DNA of 64,000 nt from Thalia democratica (Eukaryota): positions 71,548,001 to 71,612,000 of the forward strand of contig OZ241830.1 in NCBI GenBank assembly GCA_965202585.1, written 5' to 3'. How positions within the stretch are numbered: position 1 is the stretch's first letter; every line of letters starts with the position of its first letter. The position numbers and the translations under genes are program-made. A model generated the notes under the pieces. The model was not told the origin of the DNA and ran no database searches. It worked only from the letters and a program-made list of their open reading frames with translations. Below are positions 11,267 through 24,121 of the stretch, piece after piece.

Positions 11267-13890
11267 AATTTCTGAATTAACATACCAAGTTTATTTTGAT
11301 TTAATTCTGTTTTTTGGTTAAACTGTTGAAAAACTTACTGGAAAAAAAATCGGACCTGGTGCACGATAACCTTTTAGTTATCGAGTCGCAACCAACGTAT
11401 TTCTTTCAAATTTTTGTCCCGGGCAGTATGTCCAGGACATTATGTCCAGAACAGCATGACATTTAATTATGAATTAAAGCTTTTTAGTGTTAAAGTAAGT
11501 TACATGTATCTTAAAATAAATAGAGCTCACTGTTAAAAAAACAATAATCATAAATTTGAAACCTAAGCCATGTGGATAAAACAAGTTAATTTTATAATTA
11601 CCACCCTTGGTAGACAACTTTATAGTGTATATTTTGTAGCGCAAATTATCGAGACTTAAATAGAACTATTTATTGTAAACTTTTTAGCTTTATGGTTTAA
11701 GGTATGTTAACAAAATATTAAGCATTTTTAGTTTTTACTTTAGTTGTATGATCATCAATATTTTGAATGTCTAACTGCTCTGTAGAGGTAGAAAGTCATC
11801 TTATTTTTTTCTTTCAACTATTTAACTTCTATAATAAAGCTAGCGTAACGATTTCGATTGTAATGAAAATCGATTTTTAAATCAAAGTACTTTATTTTGT
11901 ATTATTTAGCTAGTACAGTTTTTTTTTTGCACATTTATTCATTGTAAAAGCATTTTAAATTAAGTTGTCTCAATTTCAATTATACAATTTGTTTATAGTT
12001 ATCTAACAGCTTTGTAAATATATTTCAATAAACAGTAGTTTAGTTTCAACCTATACTTATAACCTATTAAGATTGTAGTAAGTTCGAGTTACACTTTAAA
12101 CACCTACTTTATCAATTAAAGAGATCAGCCTAAAACTAGTTTTAGAAATATCTAAGGATATGATTATAGTAGCGCGTTATAGTCATCAACCGCCAGGCCC
12201 GCTTTATATAAATAACCAAGCATACCCATGGGTTAGTTTAAATGGACCAGTTTTAGTTTTATCAACTGCTGTTAAAACGTGCACCGTCCAAGTATTTATG
12301 TGTAGTTTGATTTTGGTACTGGTTTTAACTAAAAAATTTAAACGTAAGTCACTCATTTTCATAAAAGTTTATTTATTTATTTCGTTTAGCTCTTTATCCG
12401 AATATACTTGCTAAAAAACTGATAATAATGTAGTATAAATGTAATTATAAACAGTAGTTTTGAAATACGTAGCTAAAAATTGTTACCTCATAAAGCATAA
12501 AAGTCTGTTTAAAATGATGGAATTAGGATTGATTTATACTTAGCTGATTTGAAGTTGATTTTCATCTTTTTATTTTTTAAATAATGTATTTATCTTTTTA
12601 ATTTTAAGTTTTTCTTCCGTTTTTGGTTTCTAAATAAATATTTAGTTTTACTGTTTTTAAAACATTGATATTTATTATTTTTTGTTCATGTTCGCTCAGT
12701 ACTGTAACAGTTACATTAAAATACAAACAAATATTTTTAATTAAACAAATGTTTGTTTTAAGTAGGTTAACACATATTCTTACTAAGATTAGATGTAAAA
12801 AGATGCATTTTAAATAAATTAATTTTAAAATCGTTAACAACTTATTGAAAATTCAAAAAACAATCGTCATCAATTAAATTTTTTTTCAAATATTTTAGTT
12901 TTAGTTATGTTCACAAACAATATGAACAGTATTTTTGTTATTTAGAAACAAAACTCTGCACTTTTAGGTTGAAATGTTGTGTAAACTAATAATTAAAGAT
13001 TTTAACTAAATGTATATTATCATCTTTTTGCACTAACTTAAATTGCATTTATAATATAAATTTATAATCATCATTTAAGTAAAACTTAAAAAAAATTCAA
13101 ATACTTTCGAGTTATTAGTTTTAATCAAGCATGAAAATTACGTCAGTATTTTTTTTTTAATTGTAGAGACTATTTGTTTTATTATTATTGTAAGTTTATT
13201 GTCATGCGATGGACCCAGGCGTCAAAACCTAGGCCACTTATACAGAAAGACATACAACAAAAAGACAAAAATAAACCAAAATTGTACATTAAAAATGAAA
13301 AACAAAAACTGAGTTTAACTAATTAAAGTTTAAAAATTAACATAAAAACACCAAAAATTATAACACAAAATTTATAATTCCGGTGCTTCCGAAAAAAGAA
13401 CAACAATATCCTACTTCAACTTCACCCGAACAGATGGTTTCACTCCAAAACTGGTTTCACTTTCATTCGAACGACTGGCTTCACATTATTTGAACAACTG
13501 GTTCAGCTTTCATTTGAGTAACCGGCTTAACTTTTATCCATACAACTTGTTTCACTTTTATTCGTATAACTAGAACTGCTTTTATATGAACAACGTTTTT
13601 CTTTTTTCTTAGGAGAGCCTGCTTCATATTTACTTTCAAATCTTTAATACTCAGATAACTCAGCGTTTGTTGGACTTTCGTAGTAGCTGATAAATATTGA
13701 GAACACTGACTATAAACAAAACTTAAGAACCCAAGGCCTCTAGCACTTTAATAGCCCAATAAACTATGTATTAAGGAACAGGTTTTGTTATACACAGAGG
13801 AAAGGCGCCGCCAATAAAATAAAGCTATAGGTTTAACCAAATTAGACAAATACAATCAGTGGTTAATGAAGAAATAAGAACAAAAAAAAA

Positions 13891-16869
13891 TCACTTATGA
13901 ATTTTGCTAACAAAATATTTATTTAAATCAAACTTTTTTAACCTTAACCGAAAATGCTCAACTTTTTTACAAGAAACTAAATCGTTTGGAAGCTTGTTCC
14001 ATAATTCAACTGAACGATAAAAAAAAGAATTATGCCAAACATTATTATTGAAACTATGTCTGCATGTAAATTTTCTGCTGTTACCTCTCAGTAAATAAGT
14101 ACATTTATGAGGTTCAAAAATAGACTGTAAATTAATTGTAGTTTCACTACTAATCAGTTTGAAAAAAGTAATTAAGTCAAACTCAATCCTTCTATACTCT
14201 AAAGACTTAATACCAAGTTTTGAGAGTCTATCAAAATAAGATGTGTATGAGATGTTACAACGGTTGAAGACTATTCTTGTATATTTTCTTTGAATGGATT
14301 CAAGATGGTTAATATCTTTCTTCAGGTATGGAGACCAAATTGGTGTGTTGTATTCTAACTTAGGACGAATGTAAACGAGATAAATTTTTTTGAGAATGTT
14401 TATATCTGTAGATTTAAAACTCTTTAAAACTTGAAAAGAAATAGTTGATGCAATTTGATAAACGTAATTAATGTGGTGGTTCCATTTTAGGTTTTCAGCA
14501 ATAAAAATTCCCAGATCTTTAAACACTTTAGTTGAAGGTAACCTTATGTTGTTTATGCTAAATTCAGAAGTGATACTAGATGTATTTTTTTGAATGTTTA
14601 GAACCTGACATTTACTAGGATTTAAAACTAGTTTTCTTTCTTTTAGCCAATGATAAATTTTATCCAAAGATTTTTGTAGAATTGTGTTAGAATGGCTAAA
14701 AATTTTTGTATCGTCTGCAAAGAGATTTATGTTGCTATCGACATCTACTTCTAAAGCTATATCATTGATATAAATTATAAATAAAAGTGGGCCAATAACC
14801 CCTCCTTGAGGCACTCCACTGAAAACAGGTAAAGACTCTGAAAAAGTGTGACCAATAACTACTTTTTGGGTTCTGTTTTCAAGGAACTCTTTGAACCAGC
14901 TTACTAAACTTTTATGAATTTTGTATTGAGTTAAAGTCTTTATTAGTTTAAAATGGGATACAGAGTCAAAAGCCTTTTGAATGTCTGTGTAAATAACTTT
15001 AGTTGACTTATTGCTTAGAAATGAAACCAGCCATGAGTGTAAGCAATTCAACAGTTGATAACTAGATGATCGATTAGGTAGAAAACCAAACTGTTTATGT
15101 GAAATTAGCTTATTTAAAAAAAGGTGATCAAGTATTTTTAGAGAAATTATATGTTCGAAAATTCTACAAAAACTGCTTGTTAAAGAAATGGGTCTGTAGT
15201 TTAAAGGGTTGTACTTACTACCTTTTTTGTGCACTGGTATGACATATGAGACTTTCCACTGGTTTGGTACAGAGGATGTAGCTAGTGAACAATTAAAAAT
15301 TAGTGAAATTGGGAGAATTAGAGAATGAATAGTACGTTTAATAAAATATGAAGGAATGTTTTCAGGCGTTCTGATTATTTTATCTTTTAAATGATTAACA
15401 GACTTTATTATTTCATCATTGCTTATGAAGAAGTTTTTCATTTCCAGACACTTTTTACTAACAAGTGTAAAATTTTTGTCATCACAATCTTTAACAAATA
15501 CCTTTTGAAAGGACCTGTTAAAAAAAGAGGCTTTATCAAGTTCTGATATTATTGGAATATTATTTTCATTAATTAATACAGGTAAAGAAGGTGTTAACTT
15601 GAGCTTTGATTTTACATAGCTGTAGAATTTTTTTGAGTTTGTGTTTTGGCAAAAACGTTTTTCATGTTCTATGTTGAACACTTTCACTGCTTTTTCATAT
15701 CTTTTTGATACAGTTTTGTATTTTTCTATCATCTGCTTATCTAACTTACATTGTTTGTAGAGTTTTAGTTTTTCTCTTAACAACTTTTTTATATCAAAAG
15801 GATATGTTTTCATTTTTCTGTCTTGTTTAATCAAAGGCACAAATTGTTTGATTGAAAAGTTTATTGTTTTGGTAAATTTATCATAAAACATTTGTAGATT
15901 TTTTGAGTTGTTAAAAAGAACTTTCCAATTTATATCTGATAAAAATTTATTAATATTCTCAAAATTTGCTCTACGAAAATCTGGATAGAGTGATTTAGGA
16001 GATGGTTTTTTACTTTTGTGAACACTTATCCCAAACAAAATAACATTGTGATCATTTATATTTGTTAAAGGTGAATCAACCAAATGAAACTTAACTCTAT
16101 CTAATGCCATATAATTACAAAGCAGTAAATCGAGGATATTACCGTTCTTATGGGTAGGTGAGTCAATAAGTTGTGTAAGGAGATTATCTGAACAAAATTT
16201 AATAAAACATTTGTGACAGTCATTGTAGGTTGTGCTTGGGATATTCCAGTCTATATTTGGCAAATTAAAGTCACCTAAAATGTAAAAAGGAGACTGTTTT
16301 GGAATAAGGTTTCTGATTAAGTCGATCATGTTTGAAACAACAGCTAGAGATTTAGAAGAATTTGGAGGGATGTAGACACATAAAAATCTCAATCTGAGTC
16401 CTTTAAGAATCAAATCAAAACACAAAAATTCAAAACCATCAGATGAAACAAAATTAGGTTTTACTTCAATTAATTTTAAAAAGTTTTTAAATATAACAGC
16501 AACGCCTCCTCCCCTGCCTATTCTGTCATTACGGATTATATTATACCCTAGAGGACAAAAATTTGAATCAATAACATTTGAATTTAACCATGTTTCAGTA
16601 AAAAAAAATAAATCTAAATTTTGTGTACACATATAACATTCAATGAAGCTTATTTTGTTTAAAATAGATCTTATATTAGTATATGAAATGTTTAAAAATA
16701 AATCTCTACTAGAGGTTAAACTATTAGAAAAAACAGTGCCTGAGGCCTTAGTATTAGAACAATTAAAGATTAAACTAGATGACTTAAGATGCAAGTCAGT
16801 GTTTAAGCTAGACTTATTAGGCCCAGAGATCCTGGGCGTTAAACCGAAAGGGCAGTTGAGTACTTTCAA
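13891..16869 (-). CDS. CR1 ORF2: apurinic endonuclease plus reverse transcriptase, 992 codons
   Basis: APE motifs YTNIRS, FTETWL, GDFNLP, LDLLL, DH. RT motifs YRPISL, QFGF, DIQKAFDSV, GVPQGGVIGPLLF, FADD. CR1-type C-terminus YIRPKLEYNTPIWSPYLKKDI..LESIQR. The frame opens on TTG and its first ATG is codon 80. Confidence 0.97.
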   Translation of the reverse strand: MKVLNCPFGLTPRISGPNKSSLNTDLHLKSSSLIFNCSNTKASGTVFSNSLTSSRDLFLNISYTNIRSILNKISFIECYMCTQNLDLFFFTETWLNSNVIDSNFCPLGYNIIRNDRIGRGGGVAVIFKNFLKLIEVKPNFVSSDGFEFLCFDLILKGLRLRFLCVYIPPNSSKSLAVVSNMIDLIRNLIPKQSPFYILGDFNLPNIDWNIPSTTYNDCHKCFIKFCSDNLLTQLIDSPTHKNGNILDLLLCNYMALDRVKFHLVDSPLTNINDHNVILFGISVHKSKKPSPKSLYPDFRRANFENINKFLSDINWKVLFNNSKNLQMFYDKFTKTINFSIKQFVPLIKQDRKMKTYPFDIKKLLREKLKLYKQCKLDKQMIEKYKTVSKRYEKAVKVFNIEHEKRFCQNTNSKKFYSYVKSKLKLTPSLPVLINENNIPIISELDKASFFNRSFQKVFVKDCDDKNFTLVSKKCLEMKNFFISNDEIIKSVNHLKDKIIRTPENIPSYFIKRTIHSLILPISLIFNCSLATSSVPNQWKVSYVIPVHKKGSKYNPLNYRPISLTSSFCRIFEHIISLKILDHLFLNKLISHKQFGFLPNRSSSYQLLNCLHSWLVSFLSNKSTKVIYTDIQKAFDSVSHFKLIKTLTQYKIHKSLVSWFKEFLENRTQKVVIGHTFSESLPVFSGVPQGGVIGPLLFIIYINDIALEVDVDSNINLFADDTKIFSHSNTILQKSLDKIYHWLKERKLVLNPSKCQVLNIQKNTSSITSEFSINNIRLPSTKVFKDLGIFIAENLKWNHHINYVYQIASTISFQVLKSFKSTDINILKKIYLVYIRPKLEYNTPIWSPYLKKDINHLESIQRKYTRIVFNRCNISYTSYFDRLSKLGIKSLEYRRIEFDLITFFKLISSETTINLQSIFEPHKCTYLLRGNSRKFTCRHSFNNNVWHNSFFYRSVELWNKLPNDLVSCKKVEHFRLRLKKFDLNKYFVSKIHK

Positions 16870-17161
16870 CTATTTTGTTTTGTTTTATAACGTATCTTAT
16901 GTTCAAATTTTTACTTTCAGCTTCTGCTTGTTTTTGTTTTAGTTCAAATCTCAATTTTCTAAAATGTTCCATCTCTGATTTTGTTCGATCAATATTAATG
17001 TAGATACTAATTTGTTTTCCCAGATGCTGTATTTTAAGGTTTTTTAGACTCAACAGTCGTTTTCTGCTAGATTGTGTCAGTAGCTTCAAAATTATTGGTC
17101 TCGTTTTATTGCCGTTGTATTTACCGATACGGTATATTGTATCTAATTCAGTTTCTGCTAT
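16817..17161 (-). CDS. CR1 ORF1 C-terminal fragment (RRM/L1TD1-like)
   Basis: Hand translation IAETELDTIYRIGKYNGNKTRPIILKLLTQSSRKRLL...IYINIDRTKSEMEHFRKLRFELKQK...QDLWA*. The R-x-G...RP-I-I-L-K pattern is typical of LINE ORF1 RRM domains. It overlaps ORF2 by 53 nt. Confidence 0.8.
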   Translation of the reverse strand: MAETELDTIYRIGKYNGNKTRPIILKLLTQSSRKRLLSLKNLKIQHLGKQISIYINIDRTKSEMEHFRKLRFELKQKQAEAESKNLNIRYVIKQNKIVESTQLPFRFNAQDLWA

Positions 17162-17719
17162 CTAGTTTTTAAGGATAATTTCACCATAATTTAAATTTGA
17201 TTATTATATGTCGTTTAGAAATATAAATACTAAAGACTAATAAGTGATACTTTAAGTTAGAAAAGGGTTTACAAAAAAAAAAACTACCATGATTCTTGTG
17301 TTCACAACATTTATTTTATAATTTATAAAATATGATTGAGTTTTGAAATTTACAATAAATATTACAGGAAAATTAAATAGCATTTGGATTTGATAAATAA
17401 CACTGTATCACGATTCGGCAGATCTTAATTTTAGGCATCCAATAGATCACTTGCTTAAATTTATTAAAAGGTTTCACTTTCAGGAAAAAAGTTTAGTTAT
17501 TGCTTTATAATTTTAATTTTGCTTTTGTGAGAAAAAACAAATTTTTAAACTTTCGAAGAGAGGATTTATTGAACCTAAAAAAATTATATAATTTAAAATG
17601 ATTGTATTGAAAACTTTTTTATATTTATATATTGTACATTAACTAATCTATTGTTTTTAATTAGATTGGTCTATATGTAAAATTAAATTAATATATTAAA
17701 AATTATTTGTAAATTTTAT

Positions 17720-18220
17720 GTAATAAAACATCGAGTTAGATTTACCGCAATTAGCATTTTAAGGGTTAGCATAAAACCTTGAATCCCAAAAAATCTCAAA
17801 AGACCTGGAATTTGACAACTTAGGCTATAAAAACTTTGAAAACCGAGGAACTTAAGAAGTTTTGAAAAAACAATGAAATTTTTAACAAAAATAGATAAAA
17901 AACCTGGAATTTCAAACAAAATAACTAAAAAACCTTAAATTTTGAACAAATTTTTACATTTGAGTAGTAAAATTTTGGTTTGACACTAAAAATCTAACAT
18001 CTATATAAAAAAAGTTATCATCATCTAAATTTTAATACGAAAAGATAAATTTAAAGTAGCTTTTTAATATGTTTTCAATGTTGTTATACTGCCTTATACC
18101 GTTTTTAACCTTTAACTTAACTTTTAATTATAAATAGACCAAAAAACGTGTACTTCACAAACCTGGATGAAATTCAGAAAACCTTGGAGAAATTTCCCAA
18201 ACCTTCCTGCATTGTGTTGT
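17720..18220. mobile_element. hAT-type MITE family member (AAACCTGGAA repeats)
   Basis: Shares aaaacctggaa repeats and the aaatagacc..gtgtactt block with the copies at 26400-26631, 58102-58320 and 60548-60871. Confidence 0.55.
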
Positions 18221-21200
18221 ATTATGTGTTAAGTTTGATAATACTGATATTATTGTATTTTACTATTAAGTACTGAGCAAGTTTTATTTTAATTTAGGAA
18301 AGTTTATTTACAATGTCATTATATCTATAAAGATTTAATTCTTTTAGTTTTCTTTTAAATTATTGGTTGTAATTTTTGCATTTTGTTTAATTTAATAATA
18401 TTTTACAAGGTATTTAAAGTGTTTTTTACGTATATTATTACTTTTGTAAAGAAATATTTCATTTAGTTACTAAATGATATTAATGAGATCACCAGATATG
18501 ACTAAATTTATTTTCAAATACTTTAGTGTACAATGTAAAACTGTTTTGACAAAACGTTAAAAAAATATTTTTAAATATCTAAAATTAATTGAATTTTTAA
18601 TTTTTTTTCAATTTTTGTTTATAAGTTTAATTGAAATATCTTATTATTTAAGTATTTTCAAATACAAGTTTAAACAAAATATAAAACTTTATCTATGTTT
18701 TTAGTTTTACGTATGAGTTTTATCCTTTAAATGTTAGTAGTCGATATAATTTTGACAGTCAAATTGACATAATAAATGAATATCAATAACTGAGAGCCTT
18801 TTATTTTAAATATCTTTAAGCATTCAAAAATGAAGTAGATAATTTACAACGGGATTTGATACAAAAATGTTTGCTAAATAAATATCTTTTACGTTACATT
18901 GTTTTTTTACAAAATTGGTTATGTTTAAAATGTTTCCAATTTATTAATTTTTTCTTACTTATAATTTGTTTTTGGTTGTTCTTACTTTTGACATACTAGA
19001 AAGCAGAAGTATTATTTCTTACATCAGTACAATTTTGTTCAATTAAAAAGTAACCTTAACTATACTTAACTTTAAAAATATATTAATTCAATGTTAATGT
19101 GAGAGTTAATCCTTGAGAAATGCGCTTGAGTATCTGAATTCATAATGTGTGGAATTATACAGCTTGACTTTTGTTTTTTTAGTAATTTGTCTTGTTTCAT
19201 TTGTATTGTTTTTAGTACTACATTAATAATTTGCTTCATCAGTATCTATCTATAAACTTCCCTACCCGCTTTAAAATTAAAGAATTAAGTTTAGATGTAA
19301 AGCTATGAAAAGATCATTTACATAATTACTTACACTTTCTATTTTTACCTTTTTGTTCAACTTAGGGAGTAAATTTAAGGATTAAACATTAAATTTGATT
19401 TGTATATAGGGTAAAAGTTTAACCTGTTTTAGATTTAAAAAAAAGCATTAAAATTTTGATAAAACTTAACCTTTTTTACAGTTTTTTGATCTTCGTAATA
19501 ATTCTATCAAAATCTAATGCTTGTTTTATGATATCAAATTAAGTTTTACTATTATTTCAGTCTTTGTATGTAACTTATATTTTTGAGTATCATAGTTTGG
19601 TATTGTTTCTTAATATTTTTGACAGATACTACATTTCATAAAATTGTTTAAGATTAGAAATTTATTTTCAAATATATTTTTTTAATAGATGCTAATCTTT
19701 TAAAGTGCTTTTTTTTTTTCCAACTTATACTTATTTGAACATTTATCAGGTATTCCTGAAATGAAACTACACTATAATACTCTAATTATAATTATTTACT
19801 TTTAACTAACAGTAACAGCTTTATGTTTAAACCATTGAGAAGTTTCATACAAAAGTTTAACAATAAAAAATATAAGTAGTTCTGATGGTTTTAATAACAA
19901 ATATTATAAAATTTTCTCTTTTTGTTAAGATGATTTTAGAAAACTGTACTGCCCTTTATAGTCATTGTCTCTCGAAAAAAGGTAATAAAAAATTGATTTG
20001 ATATACAATAATAGCTCGTAAGATTTTTTAACATTAATAACTTACGTCATTTGAGTGTTAAGTGAAGATTAAATTTCCTAGTTGGTTTTTTCACATTTGG
20101 TTTAAAGGTTCTAGTTTTTCTTTTTTTTCAATTATCTACTAAATGAAAAAAGTTATTTAATAAAACTTTAACTTATTTTTATACTAAGGATATAAAAAAG
20201 AAAATAATTTAAAGCTAAACTTAAAAACATATATTTAGTTTAGTTATTCATCTTTTAATTTATATTGTATGAATTTATCGTTTTAATATTATCAAAGATG
20301 TTTATCAATTGACAATTAGACCTTTAATACTTTAGTTAAAAACTTTAGATAAATTAATGCCATCTCAACACTACATTTCAAAATACTTTTTTTTTACTTA
20401 ACTAAATGTACAAAAATGGCACAATTTAAAACTTACACTAGATATTCTTGAGTTGATAATGAAGAGGAAAAAAGTTTTAGACGTAATTTTGATTTTTTTA
20501 AGGCTGGTTTAAGAACTCAAAACAGATGTCAGTCGAAAATGTTTTAATTAAACTATATTAGGGCTTCCCAAAGTGGGCCATTGTAGAAAGTCATAAATCA
20601 ATAGAGAGGGAAGGGGAAAGCATAAGGCTATCTCTTAAAACTTACACTAGATACTCTGTAGTTGGTTATGAAGGGCAAAGAAAAATTAACCATAGAGTAT
20701 TTTTTTTAAATTCTTGTTGGAGGCCATTGATTTTTTATATATTTGAAGAAGGTCTAATGATAATATGTTTTGAAACTCCTGCTTTACAGGTATATGTCTT
20801 GAATTTTTACTTTAGTGAAATTTTAATTTATGTTTTTCAATTTAATTTTTATTGTTTATAATTCAGGAATATTTAAATGCTATTAGGGTCAGACTGTTTA
20901 AACTTTCTTATGTTCTTATTATATTTATTGTCACTAAAATGCCAGTTGTCAAATTATTGTTAATTAATGAGCTTACATAATAACTTTTAAATAAATAGTT
21001 ATTAATAAAAAATCATAGTTAGTATTCAACTATTCTCAGTAGCAGTAAAAAAAATTTGACTTAATGTCATCTAGTTTTAATATGCAAGAAGTGTTTATGC
21101 TAAGTTTTATTATTTTTTTTTATTTAGTAGTGTTTAAAAAGTTTCAAGCATGTTAATTATGTCTCAAACTAGGCACGGAGCTTGGTACGTTTCTGCAAAT

Positions 21201-24121
21201 CTACAGAAACGTAAAAATTTGTGCGGAAAAACTCGCTTTTCTTTCGATTATTCAGCTTTTAAGACCTTGTTCGATTATACTTAGTTTTGCAATCCTAAGA
21301 AATAATTTTATATTTACGGATTCTCTAGCACTTTTAGTGTCGTAAATATTGAACAAATTGAATACATCAAAATTGTATACAAATAGCTTGGTGTAAAAAT
21401 CTATTATCAAATAGCAAACTATCGTAAAAAAATCCATTTCGAGGCTGTAGATTTGGTTTAAATGATGTGAGAGAATAAAAAAAAGTAAGTGTGAGAGAGG
21501 ATCTTGTACTATTAAAATGTTTGTGGTGAGTCAAAAAGAATTTTACATTTTTGATACTTACGTTTTTTTCTCTTACAAAAGAGCAAACACAGATAGAAGA
21601 TATATGAAAAGAAAAATTTTAGAATAGATGAACCTCAAAGTAAAGTAACTAGAACAATTAACTTTTGTTTTAAATCAAATTGACTTTCTGAGTTAAATGT
21701 TTTAAGATTAAATCCCTGTGGTTGACAAATATACAAAAATGAAAAACTTTTATAACAGTAATAATAATCTCATTTCCTGAAGTTTTATCAAGAAGATTAG
21801 AATCTATTAAATCAGAAAAATAACACAATAAGACAAATAGCTTGCAACAAGAAGAAAAATTGAAAAATTTTAAGAATAACATAAACAATTTTTTTTTTGA
21901 ATATTTTAGAACTTTATTTTTTAATTAAAACTTTTTTTAAAGATTTTCTAAATGCTTAGTAAGTTAAAGTTTTTATTTTTCAAGATTAATATTAACAAAC
22001 TATAGTTTTTTTTATTGTATTTTAGAACTTTATTTTTTAGTTAAAAATGGTTTTTGAAATTTTATAAATGCCTACCTTAATTAAAGTTTTTATTGCATTT
22101 TTTAGCAAAGTTAAAAGATTTAAATTGTACATTGTAGCCACACACTCAAAGTATTCTGGATAACTCTATGATATTTAGAGTTTTATTTTTGAACTCAGGC
22201 TGATTCAATATAGTTTTTTTTATCTATGAAAAACTAAGGACTTTTTAAGTTTGTTAATAATGTCATAACAGATGTTTTTCTAGATTTGAATGAGATTTTG
22301 CTAGATAGTTTTAATAAATTTTTACATTATAACCAATTTTATAAAAAAACATTGGTAAATTTTAAAAGTTAGTCTTATTTCAAAAAATAAGAAGAAAAAT
22401 TCAAAAATAAAATCCTGGAATTGGTGTTGGTCATAGGGTAGAGCTCTTGTTAATACATTTTTTACTTGTATTGTTATATTATTTGTTTACAATGAATTTG
22501 TTTTCTATGCATATTGTTTTATTATATGAAGATTTTTTCAGAGTTTTTGGTTTTATTCCCAACTTTCAAAGGTTTTTCATTATCTCTGTTATTTTTTTTA
22601 TATTTATATTAACAATTTTTAAGTAGTTTACAAAATTACAAAAAATTAAGTTAGTGAATTTGTATTTTCTAGTTAGCTTTACATTTTGAAAATAGTTTAT
22701 GAGTTTTATTTGTATTACTACTGTAAATTTGGTACACTATGTGTGGATTTTAACAAATTAGTTGTTTCACAGATTTTTAAAACCAAGTTTAAAATTTAAG
22801 TTTTCTAAGGTTAAACTTATGCAAATATCATTTGAAAGTAAAGCCACCCACTTGATACCATTAACATTCAAAGCTATTAACAAAGTCAATTAATCTGAAC
22901 TTCAGTTTGTTACAATGAGTTCCAGATAAATACTTCAAGAAAATACTCTTTGAATGATGTTTTCAGACAACTATGTAAAATATAAAGCTTGTTTTAACTT
23001 GTTTTTAAATATTACAGTAAATTTTATTTTTCTACAAAGATTGTTGTTTACAATATGAAGATTTTTGTATTTTATATTTTCTTTAATTGTATCAAGAATA
23101 CGGATTGTATTTGTTGTTTTAAAATAAGTTTATAAATTATAGAGTGGTTTACTAAATTAAAAAAAATATCAGTTTAATTCTTTTATCTATGTTTGATAAA
23201 TGATAAAAAGTTTTAAAACAAGTTTTATATAACATTTCAATCTAAGATTAAAAAAATAAGTTAGTACTATTTATTTTAACAAGTGTATAGTTGTATTATA
23301 AAAATAACAAGTTAAAAAAAAATACTAATATATTTTATGTTCAAAAATCTTTATGTTTGAATTTATTTATATGTTTCACATTGTATCTAAAAAATATTAA
23401 TGTTTAACATTCAAGGTTTGTTAGTACTTAACTAAGTTGTTTTATTTAACAAGTTTGTTTTGTAAAAGAAAGTTTGATTCTTTTTTACAGCTTTTATTTA
23501 ACAATTTTTTTTAATTAGAAAAAGTTTTATTCTTATTTTACAGCTTAAATCTTTATGCTACCAAAGCTATTAATAACATTTACAAAGACGTGTGTTCATC
23601 CTTTCTTAATGAATTATTTTTGACAAAATAAAGTAACTGTACATCTGAATTTTATCTAATGTTGTGAACTTTTTTATTTTATATCCTTTTTGTTTTTTAT
23701 TCAACTCCTAAAATTTATGATTTTTATTTTAATAAAAGCAACAATTTTTGCAAATATTTTCTGAAGTGGGGAGACTGTTTTCAAAGTTATATAGTTTAGG
23801 TCTATCAGTAGTACTATTAACGTTAAATTCTTAATTAATACTTTTATTGTAAATGAAAGGTTTTATAGGCTCATAAAAATTTCAACACATGAAGAATTAT
23901 AGAGGGTCAAGAGCAGTACAACTTGCCTTGTAATCAGTTGTTCATTATACTTCAACATTCTATTTATTTTTAAGCTTTTAACAAAACTGCACACTTTCAT
24001 ATAAAATTAAAGGCAATTAAAACTACTCTATTCCCGTTATGACGTCATCACACATTATTCTTGATATTTTTTTTGCAATAAAAAAAAAAATTCCTCTGTG
24101 TAAAAAAATTTAAACAGTTTT

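Larger units (their letters stand above)
13177..17165 (-). mobile_element. CR1-clade LINE, 5'-truncated within ORF1
   Basis: Contains an ORF1 C-terminal part, an intact ORF2 and a ~710-nt 3' UTR. The 3' end has a stem-loop (13212-13235), AATAAA and an (AAT)n tail at about 13177-13200. Confidence 0.9.

Noticed and set aside
16643-16942. Antisense 99-aa ORF over the CR1 ORF1/ORF2 junction
   Set aside because: No recognisable motif, and it is explicable as a shadow of the sense-strand coding.
21197-21454. MITE defined by aaatctacag / ctgtagattt
   Set aside because: A 10-bp inverted match is too short in such AT-rich DNA, and I saw no second copy or TSD.
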